Below are positions 40,331 to 49,988 of a stretch of 64,000 nt of DNA, in pieces. The stretch's first letter is position 1; each line of letters opens with the position of its first letter. Made by a program: the position numbers and the translations under genes. The stretch comes from Candidatus Marinacidobacterales bacterium. Lineage in GTDB: Bacteria > Acidobacteriota > Vicinamibacteria > Marinacidobacterales > DATDRI01. Location of the stretch: NCBI GenBank assembly GCA_965226495.1, contig OZ245365.1, positions 4,032,001 through 4,096,000 on the forward strand, in the 5' to 3' direction. Below the pieces are notes generated by a model. That model ran no database searches. It had not been told where the DNA came from and saw only the letters and a program-made list of their open reading frames with translations.

Positions 40331-41242
40331 ATGCCAGTACGTGGGAAGCTCGGGCGGCCGGTGGACTTCGTCGGGGTGGGCCACCTCGCGGTCGACTTGC
40401 GGGACGGTGAACGAGCCCTCGGCGGGGCCGCGGCCTATGCGTGCCTCACCGCAGCCCGCCTCGGCTTAACAACCTCTATGGTCACCGCTGTAGGTCGGGA
40501 CTTCGATCTTTTCGGCCCGCTCGAGGGAATCGAGATCCATTATCGTCAGTCGCGTGATACCACGACCTTCGAGAACGATTACCGAGGTGGCGGGAGGCAC
40601 CAACGGCTGTCCAGCCGAGCCCTTCCCATCCGGGAGCAAGATCTCACAGCGTTAATATCGGAGCTTGCCGAAGATGCCGCCGTCCTCTATTGTCCTATTG
40701 CTCAGGAGGTCGATGCACCGTTGAGTCGTCTTGCAAGGCATGGTCGCTGCGGCGTTGCGCCGCAGGGATTTTTTCGTCGATGGGATGACAACGGTACCGT
40801 TCAACACTGCGCTTGGCAAGGGGCGGCCGCATCCCTGGCAGAGGCCGATCTTGTCTCTATGAGCGAAACGGATCCGCCCGACTCTGATCTCGTCAATCTC
40901 GTCGGTCTCACGCGGGGCTTAGCAGGAGGCAGGGCCACCCTCGCCATTACGCGAGGCGCGCAGGGGGCCCGGATCTATACGCAAGGCCACTGTTACCTGG
41001 TACCGGCTTTGAAACGAAGTGTCCAAGACCCGACGGGGGCCGGTGACGTCTTCGCCGCCGGTTTTCTGGTGGCGCTCCGAGAAGGCCAGGAAACAATCGA
41101 CGCCGCGCTCTTCGCTACGTGCGCCGCGTCGTTCGCCGTCGAGAAGGCAGGTGTCACCGGAGTACCTCCGAGCCGAGAGGCGGTCGAGGCGCGCCTTTCG
41201 GAGTACCGTGTCCACCATCGACCGCAAGAGCTCGAATCGTGA
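40331..41242 (+). CDS. PfkB family carbohydrate kinase
   Basis: GGAAAY, ITRGAQGA, DPTGAGDVFAAGF. Confidence 0.9.
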   Translation: MPVRGKLGRPVDFVGVGHLAVDLRDGERALGGAAAYACLTAARLGLTTSMVTAVGRDFDLFGPLEGIEIHYRQSRDTTTFENDYRGGGRHQRLSSRALPIREQDLTALISELAEDAAVLYCPIAQEVDAPLSRLARHGRCGVAPQGFFRRWDDNGTVQHCAWQGAAASLAEADLVSMSETDPPDSDLVNLVGLTRGLAGGRATLAITRGAQGARIYTQGHCYLVPALKRSVQDPTGAGDVFAAGFLVALREGQETIDAALFATCAASFAVEKAGVTGVPPSREAVEARLSEYRVHHRPQELES

Positions 41243-41511
41243 AAGATCCCCAACTCGAGTCGTACTGTGAGCAGATCGAGACGTTCTTCTTCCGTTGGAA
41301 GGAGCGCTCCGGTCTTTTCTCTCCTGAGGACTTCGCCCTTGTGAAAAAATGGTTTTCCGAGGGTGTTTCACTCGACGTGGCCCTAGAAGCTATCGAGGCG
41401 GCGTTCCAGTCGAAGCAGTCCGGGCAGGAAGTCGAAGATGTGAATAGTCTCAGTTATTGTGAGCCGTTCGTCCGGCAGGCTATGGCTCACCGGAAACACA
41501 CTCCCGGTTAG
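41239..41511 (+). CDS. Small hypothetical protein (DnaD-domain-like)
   Basis: GTGA overlap with pfkB; SPEDFALVKKW..EGVSL...VNSLSYC. Confidence 0.6.
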   Translation: MKDPQLESYCEQIETFFFRWKERSGLFSPEDFALVKKWFSEGVSLDVALEAIEAAFQSKQSGQEVEDVNSLSYCEPFVRQAMAHRKHTPG

Positions 41512-41562
41512 GCCTGCCAGACTGCCGGCCTGCCGAGAAGACTAGGACGACAAAGACCACCG

Positions 41563-43293
41563 ATGCTGTCCCGCATCCTCAACGAGCAACAGGAGAAGCT
41601 CCTCGCCAAGGAACGCAAGTTCCTGCGCGCGTTGCACGTCGCCCTGACGGACCTCGAAGTCGCCGCCGAAGATCGAGCTACGTTCGAGGCCTCCATCCAG
41701 CAGCTCGACGAGCTTTTTCTTCTGGTAGTCGTCGGAGAATTCAACGCCGGCAAGAGCGTTTGTATCAATACGCTTGTCGGTGAAGTCGTCCTCGAGGAAG
41801 GCGTCACTCCGACGACGCAACGCATTTGCCTGCTCAAGTATGGCGAAGAGACCGGACGCGAGTCCGAGGATGGCCCCTTCGATATCATCACCGCGCCGGT
41901 GGAGCTTCTGAGAGAGATCACTGTCGTCGATACACCGGGTACGAATGCCATCCACCGAGAGCATGAGACCATCACGCGCGATTTCGTGCCTCGCTCGGAC
42001 TTAGTTCTTTTCGTCACGTCGGCGGACCGTCCGTTCACCGAAAGCGAACGAGACTTTCTGGAGAGCATCCGGGATTGGGGCAAGAAAATCGTCGTCGCCA
42101 TCAACAAGATCGACATTCTTGAAACCGAAGAAGAGCTGGACCGTGTCGTTGGTTTCGTTTCGGAGAATCTGAAATCCCTCCTCAAGGTTCAACCAGAGAT
42201 ATTCCCCATATCGGCACGCCAGGCGCTGCGGGCCAAAATAGAGGGCGAGACGGCCTCGAATAACGGCGGCGCCTTCGAAAAGCTCGAGCAGTTCATCGTC
42301 TCGACGCTGGACGAGGGGGAGCGGGTTCGCCTCAAGCTCCTCAACCCGATTGGAGTAGCTCAGCATCTAGTCCAAAAGTATCTTGCGCAGGTGGATACCC
42401 AACTCGAGCTCCTGACGGTGGACTTTCGTGCTCTGGAAGGAATCGAACGTCAGCTTTCCCTTTACAAAGAAGACCTCCAAAGGGATTTTCGCTTTCGTCT
42501 CTCGGACATCGACAATGCGCTCCTCGATTTCGAGACTCGCGGCAACGAGTACTTCGAAGAGACGATGCGTCTAGCACGCGTCTTCGATCTCGCCAACAAA
42601 TCAAAAGTGAAGAGTGATTTCGAGAAGAAGGTGGTTGCCGATCTGCCTCAAGTCATCGAGCAACGGGTTGCCGGTGTCATCGACTGGATGATTGAAGCCG
42701 AGCTGCGTCAATGGCAGGCGGTAACCGAATACTTGGAATCCAGTAAGACCCAAGAGTCCGAGAAAATGGTCGGTAAGGTCGGAGCGTTCGAGTATGACCG
42801 CAAGCGCCTACTCGATACGGTCGGACGCGCCGCGCGCCGCGCCGTCGATAGCTACGATCAAAACAAAGAATCCACTCGTCTTGCGGAATCGGTTCAGACC
42901 GCGGTGACTGGGGCGGCACTCCTGGAGGTAGGGGCGGTCGGTCTCGGGACGATCATGACGATGATCGCAAGTACGACCCTGGCCGATATGACTGGCATTC
43001 TCGCGGCGGGTGTCTTGTCGGCTCTCGGATTCCTCATTATCCCCGCGAAACGACGAAAGGCAAAGCGGGAGCTGCACCGTAAGGTCACTGACCTTCGCGA
43101 ACAGCTGATGAACGCGCTCAACGGCCAATTCGAGCGCGAGATCGAGCAGAGCCTGGCCCGTATTCGCGACGCGATCGCACCCTATACTCGCTTCGTCCGC
43201 GCCGAGCATATCCGACTGAGTGACGGGCAGAACGAGCTAGTCCGTATTCGTGATGGGCTGAACAAGCTCAAGTCCGACGTGAAATCGCTCTGA
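41563..43293 (+). CDS. Bacterial dynamin-like GTPase (FZL/mitofusin-like)
   Basis: GEFNAGKS, VTPTT, VDTPG, NKID; C-terminal hydrophobic hairpin and coiled coils. Confidence 0.9.
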   Translation: MLSRILNEQQEKLLAKERKFLRALHVALTDLEVAAEDRATFEASIQQLDELFLLVVVGEFNAGKSVCINTLVGEVVLEEGVTPTTQRICLLKYGEETGRESEDGPFDIITAPVELLREITVVDTPGTNAIHREHETITRDFVPRSDLVLFVTSADRPFTESERDFLESIRDWGKKIVVAINKIDILETEEELDRVVGFVSENLKSLLKVQPEIFPISARQALRAKIEGETASNNGGAFEKLEQFIVSTLDEGERVRLKLLNPIGVAQHLVQKYLAQVDTQLELLTVDFRALEGIERQLSLYKEDLQRDFRFRLSDIDNALLDFETRGNEYFEETMRLARVFDLANKSKVKSDFEKKVVADLPQVIEQRVAGVIDWMIEAELRQWQAVTEYLESSKTQESEKMVGKVGAFEYDRKRLLDTVGRAARRAVDSYDQNKESTRLAESVQTAVTGAALLEVGAVGLGTIMTMIASTTLADMTGILAAGVLSALGFLIIPAKRRKAKRELHRKVTDLREQLMNALNGQFEREIEQSLARIRDAIAPYTRFVRAEHIRLSDGQNELVRIRDGLNKLKSDVKSL

Positions 43294-43314
43294 GCGGCTC
43301 ATTAGTGCCTCAAT

Positions 43315-43438
43315 GCGCGCTCACTCCTCGTTCGCGCGCTTGGCGCCTCGCTCCTCGCTCGGCGCTCCTTTCGTCGGCCCACTCGGGCCGGGCTCGCTCC
43401 GCTCGCGCAGGGTGCAGTGAGTTCCTCGAGCACCCTGC
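43315..43438. repeat. Cluster of short palindromes with a repeated ctcRctcc..gYtcg motif between convergent genes
   Basis: Three motif copies plus stems gcgcg/cgcgc, cggccc/gggccg, gcagggtgc/gcaccctgc. Confidence 0.5.
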
Positions 43439-44698
43439 TACCGAGCCGCTGCGGCTCGGAATTGCTGCCAGGCTTGGTTCACACCGACCGTGAACTCCAC
43501 CAACCGACGCTCGATGTCCGGCTCGTATTCGTCGAGTGTGCTGAGCAACGCCTTGCGTAGCTTAGAGTCGTGCGGAGAGGCCACCGTTTTAGGATGCCCT
43601 CGGCCGAGCTGGACTCCCACATCGTAGACGATCTCCGCCAGTTCCTCGGGACTCGCGAGGTCATTGATGGAAAGCTCCCAGTAATGATCTACCCAGCTAT
43701 GCACCCAAAAGCTCGAGCCATCCCAGAAATCAGAATCGAGACCGTGGTCTCCAGTTTTTCGCGGATCCAGGTAAATGAAACCGGTGAACTTGTAAGGCGT
43801 ATAGGCGATGCTTGATTGGGCGGCGAGGATGGGAAACGGGTCCTTAGGCCTTCGATGGACGCAGTCAATACCGCTCAGATCGCGGACCTCTTTTATTTCG
43901 ATAAGCACATCGTCATCAGGAGCGAGAGTGGGACCTTGTACCCGCGCTAGATACTTCTGGTCCAGCGCACTCCCGATACCCATACGCAGGCGACCCACCT
44001 TCACCACTTCGAAATAATGCGGTGGAAGATCCGGGTTCTCATCGTGGACCACCTTGGAGAAGAGGTCGACCGCGACCTGCCCCGTCAACTCGCTCATCGG
44101 CTCGGGGGCCATCAGAGAGTCGGCCCAAGCCAATAGAGGCCGGCGGTCGGAGTCGAAACTGGTGCGGACACGCGCCACGATTTGTGGCTCGGGCGCGGTG
44201 GTCTCCGGATCCTCGAGCGCCTCTCGGTAACCTCTTAGAAATTCCTCGACCAGCTCCGTCTCCTTGTCGAACCATCCCTTCTCCTCCGCCGCTAGTTGAG
44301 ATGGAGACGGCGAAACGAACGATGTCCAATGCGGCAGGCCCCGTCGAGGCGTCGTCGAAGTCGGTGAGGCCCCGACCCGACTCGGTCACCGAATACTGCT
44401 CGATGTGCGGATCACCATGGAGGTTCACGGTCGGCATGCCCGCCAGTTCTTGTTCGAAGTCCTCGCAGACAGCCTTGGCAAAGCGCCTGTTAATGAATCG
44501 GAAATACTGGTAGGGCGAGGCGACGATTCGTTTCAAGAGCTCGGGGTTCCTACTTAAATCATAGGAGTCGACCGGCACGAAGAGCCCCGACAAGCGGCTC
44601 GCGCCAGCGTCAGTACCGTCGACATCCGAACCGGGAGAGCACTGGGTGATGATGAGCAAAGGCAACGCAAGCAAGAGCTTCCGGGCGGCGGACGGCAC
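43438..44698 (-). pseudogene. DUF2252-like kinase-fold exported protein, single frameshift at ~44299
   Basis: LHGDPHIEQY, DFDDA in the 5' frame; MGIGSA, EIKE, LGRGH in the 3' frame; removing one base joins them. Confidence 0.75.
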
Positions 44699-44801
44699 AG
44701 CCAGAGAGTCTGTCGTAGTCCGAGTTGGACGTCAAACGGTGCCTAAGGGATAATGCCGCGGACTAGCGCCTCGATACTTCGAAAACCTAAGGAGACCGTA
44801 G

Positions 44802-46662
44802 ATGCCGTTCGTTCTCAGTGTAGTCGCGACGATCCTATTGTTGACCAGCGCGCCTTTGGCTGCCCAGGACGAGCCCGCCGCATGGCCGCGTCAGGTCGAA
44901 GCGCCTGCCGCGAAGATCCTCATCTACCAACCGCAGCCCGAATCCTTCAAGGGCGATCGCCTGACCGGCCGGGCGGCGGTCTCCGTGACACCAAATGGAA
45001 AGACCGACCCCGTCTTCGGCGTGATGTGGATCGATGCGAGGGTTTCGACAGATCGTGACACGCGGATGGTCGACATTCTGGATGCCAAAGTCGAGAACGT
45101 GAGGTTCCCGGAAGCGACGACCGAACAAGAGGAGGAGTTTAAAAAACTCGTCGAAACGGAGGTCCCCAAATGGCAACTATCCATGTCGCTCGATCGTCTC
45201 CTCGCTTCGCTAGAGTTGGCGGATAAAGAAAAGATCGCTGCCGACAAGCTCAACATGGCTCCACCGGCTATCACGTTCGTCACCTACCCAGCGGTCCTGA
45301 TCAGCATCGACGGCGCACCTGAGCTCCGTGCCATCGACGACTCGACCATGATGCGCGTCGTAAACACCCCCTTTACGATCCTCCAGGAACCCGGCAGCAC
45401 GTACTACCTCTACGACGGCGTGGACTGGCGCAACGCAACGAACATCAAAGGCCCATGGCAAAAAGACCCCAACCCTCCCAAGAAGGTCTCGGAGCTGACC
45501 CCGAAAGCTGACCCTGAGGACCAGAAAGACCAGCCCGATGAGCCTGACGAGCCTGACGAGCCTGACGAGGCTGTCGTGGAGCCTCCGATCCTTATCGTGG
45601 CCACCGAGCCCGCCGAGCTCATCGTTTCGAAGGGTGACCCCGAGTACTCCCCCATCGATGGCACCGACCTTCTCTACATGAGCAACACCGACAGCGATGT
45701 CTTCAAAGAGATCGCCAGCCAACAGAACTACGTCGTCCTTTCGGGACGGTGGTTCCAGAGTGGATCGCTGAACGGACCGTGGACCAATGTCGCTTCTGAT
45801 AAGTTGCCGGCCGACTTTGCGAAAATTCCTCCTGAGTCCGCCAAGGGAGATGTTCTGACATTCGTCGCCGGAACGCAGCAAGCCAAGGACGCGGTCATGG
45901 ACGCTCACATTCCGCAGACCACGGCCGTCAAACGCGGCGAAGACAACACGGTGGCGGTAGACTACGACGGATCACCTAGGTTCAAGAAGATCGAGGGCAC
46001 CGAGGTGTCCTACGCGATCAACACGGATCAGGCGGTGTTCTCGATCGATAGGCAGTACTTCTGTGCCTACGAGGGCGTTTGGTACGTTTCGAATATGGTC
46101 TACGGCCCGTTCGAAGTCGCAACAAGCCGTCGCCGTACATTTAACTATGTTGTCGCGCAACACACCCGGCTATACGACCACCTACGTAGCGAGACCGGCG
46201 TACGGGCTCAGTTACAGCACCGGCCGGTTCACGTTCGGAATCGGCTACTCGAGTCGCTGGTATCCGTACGGTTACCGCGGAGGTTTGTGGGGCCCTGTAG
46301 GACGCTATGGATACCGCGGTGGCTATAATCGTGGCTACGCTCGCGGTGCCCACAACGCCAACATCTACAACCGTCGCCGAAACGTTGCGCGCAACACACC
46401 GCGAGCGAGACCGGCAGGAACGTCGCGGCGCATGGCCGCCCCTGCGAGTGCCGGTCGGAACAACGTCTACGCGGATCGCAACGGAAACGTGCACCGCAAC
46501 CAAAATGGCAACTGGCAGTCACGAAGCGGCGGCAGTTGGTCTGGAGGCGGTGGTTCCGGAAACCTGAGCAATCACCAAAGCTCCCGGCAAAGAGGCACGG
46601 CGCGAACCAATAGCTACAACCGCGGCGGGGGCCGAGGCGGGGGCGGGAGAGGTCGGCGCTAG
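44802..46662 (+). CDS. Secreted beta-rich hypothetical protein with G/R-rich tail; frame break and degenerate stretch at ~46130-46200
   Basis: IYQPQPE, TEPAELIV..GDP, VLSGRWF in ORF 44802; tail continues in ORF 46063-46662 (NNVYADRNGNV...RGGGRGGGGRGRR). Confidence 0.65.
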
Positions 46663-46799
46663 GCGAAACACCCCTGGAAGGCTGGGGCTACGCGCCATCC
46701 TCTTCCGGATTTGATCCACCCCACTCCAACCACTACTATCGTCGCGCCTTTCGGCAAGGATGGAGCGCGCGTAGCTGACTACACCGCAAGGGAAACCAT

Positions 46800-49700
46800 A
46801 TGTCGAGACTCCTCGTAACGCTCCTCTCTTTTTTGCTTATCGGTGCGGCTGTCGTCATCGATGACGAGCCCTGGGATATCGAGGCGGATCGGGCACCTTC
46901 CAAGGAGTTCATCTATCAAGCCACAGAGGGCACTTGGACCGGTGTCGACGTCTCACCGGATGGTCGCCAGATCGCATTCGATCTTCTTGGGCATATCTAT
47001 GTCATGCCCATCGGGGGCGGCAAGGGGACGGCGCTGACCCACGGCCGTTCCTGGAACGAGTTTCCGCGGTATAGCCCGGACGGCAAGAGCCTAGCGTTCA
47101 CGTCGGATCGAAGCGGTAGCGAAGACCTCTGGGTCATGACGCTTTCCGACTCGAGCCTCGAGAATGTGTCCCAGATGGACCTTCCGGTATTCCAGGGGAC
47201 CTGGTCCAAGAGCGGTCGTCACCTCTACGGTACGGCACTCAACCTGAAGGTGAGGTTTCCCGTCTATCAGTTCAATTTCTATGGAACCCGGCAAGAATTG
47301 ATCCCCGACGACGAACGCGCCCCAGTGAACCACCTGGTGCCCCATCCCACCGACAACGTCCTCTACTTCGAGCATAACGACAAATCGCTTCCGGCCAGCG
47401 GTCCCCGCATCAAGAAATACGATCTTGCTACCGGGGAAACATCGGTCTACATCGACCGACCGGGGGGAGCCGCGAACCCGAGAATCTCTCCGGATGGAAA
47501 ATATCTGGCATTCGTCCATCGGGACGATCAGCAGACCGTTTTGATGTTGCACGATCTGGAGACGCGGCAGGAAAGAGTCCTGTTCGGCCGACTCGACCGA
47601 GGCCGGTTCGAGTCTCGAAGCTTCTACGGCTGCTATCCCAACATGGCTTGGCATCCTAATGGAAACGAGATCTTCATCTCTTACGGGGGAGAGATTCACG
47701 CTATCGACATCGTTTCGCGCGCGACACGGCCGATCCCCTTCCAGGCCGAGGTTCGTCGGAAGATCGACGAAACCATCCGTTTCCCCGTCGACGTGGCAGA
47801 TAAGACCACTCGCACGCGTGCCCACCGATGGGCGCAACGAATCCCTAGTGGAATCCTATTCGAAGCGTTAGGTGACCTGTATCTGAAGTCCGAGGACGCG
47901 CTTCAGAATCTCACCGAGTCGTCTTCCCATGAAACGAACCCGATCTACGATCGATCCTCGGGACAGGTCTTCTACGCCTCCTGGAGCGACGGCGATCTGG
48001 GTGCCATCTACTCTTTGGTACCGGATGGTGGCTCGCCACTGAAGCTCACGACGATCCCTTCGCAGTACGGCGCGCTGGCGCTATCGTCCGACGGCAAGAC
48101 ATTGGCCTACATCCGGGGACGGGGCGACCTCATCAATGGAACCAAGCTCGAGAATCAAACGCGATTTGAGTTAGTGACGTTCCGGGAGGGACGGGAGCAG
48201 AAAGTCACCGATATCGATTGGACCAGGAATCGCTATGGCAAACGCCCTCCCACGATTCTTTTTTCGCCGAACGACGAGTTGATCTACTTTACCGAGTATG
48301 TCGAGGATGCCCTGACGCTCAAGACCATCCATCCCAACGGCCTTGGCGAGAAATCACTTTACATTTTCTCGCACGCCACCCGGGCCATCGTCTCTCCCGA
48401 TGTAGAGTGGATCGCCTACCGCGAATACCACCGGACCTACGTGACGCCGTTCGAGTATGCGGGCCAGCCCATCACCATCAGCGCCGCCGACGACGAAGGA
48501 TTCAGCAAACGTGTGGACCTGGAGGATGGTGACTTCACCGAGTGGACGCCGGAGTCCGATGCACTCTACTGGACCCGTGGGCGCTATTTCCACGAGAAGT
48601 CACTCGAGGACGTTCTGGAGGGGAAAGAGACGGCGCAGAAGAGCGGCCTCTCCATGGAGCTCGAGGTCGCGGCCCCAGAGTCCGTGATCGCGATCAAGGG
48701 TGTTCGGGTTTTGACCATGAACGGCGATCGGGACGTGATCGAAGACGCGACCATCTTGATTCGACGGAATCGGATCGAGGCGGTCGGAGCAGACATCGAG
48801 ATACCCAGCGATGCGAAGGTCTACGATCTGGCTGGCGATACCGTGATGCCGGGGATCTTCGATGCCCACGGCCACTACGGCAGCCCCATCTCGGCCCTCA
48901 ACGTCATCGAACAACGGCTCTATGGCCTACGGGCCAATCTAGCCTACGGTGTCACGACGATGTTCGACGTCTACGGCACGACACAGAAGGACTTTTGGGT
49001 GTCGGACATGCTGCGCGGGGGCTCTCTCGTCGGTCCGCGCATTTTCTCGGTCGGCGACCCTATCTTCGTCACCAAGTACCGCACGAAGATGCACCGCCCC
49101 ATCCAGTCTCTGGATGACGCGCTGGAGCATGCTCGCTTCAACCAAGATCACGGCGCCACGACTTTGAAAGATTATTCCAACCACACCCGCGCCGCCCGAC
49201 AACAGCTGGCCACCGCCGCTCGCCAGCAAGGACTCAACCTCGTGACCGAGTCCTTCGCCAACCCTTCGATGAACTTGACGCAACTGATCGACGGTTTCAC
49301 CGGCATTGAACACACTATGGGGCTGACCCCGCTGTATGACGACGTCGTTCAATTCTTCGCCGCCACCGATGTAGGCATGACACCCACGCTCATCGTGGTC
49401 TATGACGGTCCCGCGGGAGAGCGCTACTTCCACCAGTCGGAGCGTCTCTGGGAGGAGCCGAAGCTCCTCCAGTTCTTCCGCAAGGACGAGCTCCTTCGTC
49501 TGCGTCGGCCCACTCACTATTGGGACGACGACTTTTCACACAAGATCATGGCGCGAGAGGTACGCAAACTCTATCAAGCAGGAGTTTCGCTCCAGATGGG
49601 TGCTCATGGGCAGATGATGGGGTTGGGCGCGCACTGGGAGATGGAGCTCTTCGTCCAAGGCGGTTTCACGCCCATGGAAGCGCTCGAGATCGCGACCATC

Positions 49701-49952
49701 AACGGCTTCAAGCACCAAGGGCTCGACCGCGAGCTCGGATCGCTCGAGCCGGGTAAGCTCGCGGACCTGGTCATCCTGAAGGAGAACCCGCTGGATGACA
49801 TCCGCAACACGCGCTCTATCCGTTATGTCGTGAAGAATGGTGTCGTTTACAGCGGCGAAGACGCATCCCGGGTGTATCCCGATCCGCAGCCTGCGCGACC
49901 GCTCTACTTCAAAGAAAGGACCCCCCTGAGCGAAGATGGTTCACCGGATTAG
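46800..49952 (+). CDS. Amidohydrolase family protein with PD40/TolB-like propellers
   Basis: EGTW..DVSPDG, PRYSPDG; MPGIFDAHGH, GIEH, GAHGQ, GSLEPGKLADL. Confidence 0.92.
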   Translation: MSRLLVTLLSFLLIGAAVVIDDEPWDIEADRAPSKEFIYQATEGTWTGVDVSPDGRQIAFDLLGHIYVMPIGGGKGTALTHGRSWNEFPRYSPDGKSLAFTSDRSGSEDLWVMTLSDSSLENVSQMDLPVFQGTWSKSGRHLYGTALNLKVRFPVYQFNFYGTRQELIPDDERAPVNHLVPHPTDNVLYFEHNDKSLPASGPRIKKYDLATGETSVYIDRPGGAANPRISPDGKYLAFVHRDDQQTVLMLHDLETRQERVLFGRLDRGRFESRSFYGCYPNMAWHPNGNEIFISYGGEIHAIDIVSRATRPIPFQAEVRRKIDETIRFPVDVADKTTRTRAHRWAQRIPSGILFEALGDLYLKSEDALQNLTESSSHETNPIYDRSSGQVFYASWSDGDLGAIYSLVPDGGSPLKLTTIPSQYGALALSSDGKTLAYIRGRGDLINGTKLENQTRFELVTFREGREQKVTDIDWTRNRYGKRPPTILFSPNDELIYFTEYVEDALTLKTIHPNGLGEKSLYIFSHATRAIVSPDVEWIAYREYHRTYVTPFEYAGQPITISAADDEGFSKRVDLEDGDFTEWTPESDALYWTRGRYFHEKSLEDVLEGKETAQKSGLSMELEVAAPESVIAIKGVRVLTMNGDRDVIEDATILIRRNRIEAVGADIEIPSDAKVYDLAGDTVMPGIFDAHGHYGSPISALNVIEQRLYGLRANLAYGVTTMFDVYGTTQKDFWVSDMLRGGSLVGPRIFSVGDPIFVTKYRTKMHRPIQSLDDALEHARFNQDHGATTLKDYSNHTRAARQQLATAARQQGLNLVTESFANPSMNLTQLIDGFTGIEHTMGLTPLYDDVVQFFAATDVGMTPTLIVVYDGPAGERYFHQSERLWEEPKLLQFFRKDELLRLRRPTHYWDDDFSHKIMAREVRKLYQAGVSLQMGAHGQMMGLGAHWEMELFVQGGFTPMEALEIATINGFKHQGLDRELGSLEPGKLADLVILKENPLDDIRNTRSIRYVVKNGVVYSGEDASRVYPDPQPARPLYFKERTPLSEDGSPD

Positions 49953-49988
49953 GGAGCAACCACGACGGTTCTGAGGGGGAAGACGGGC

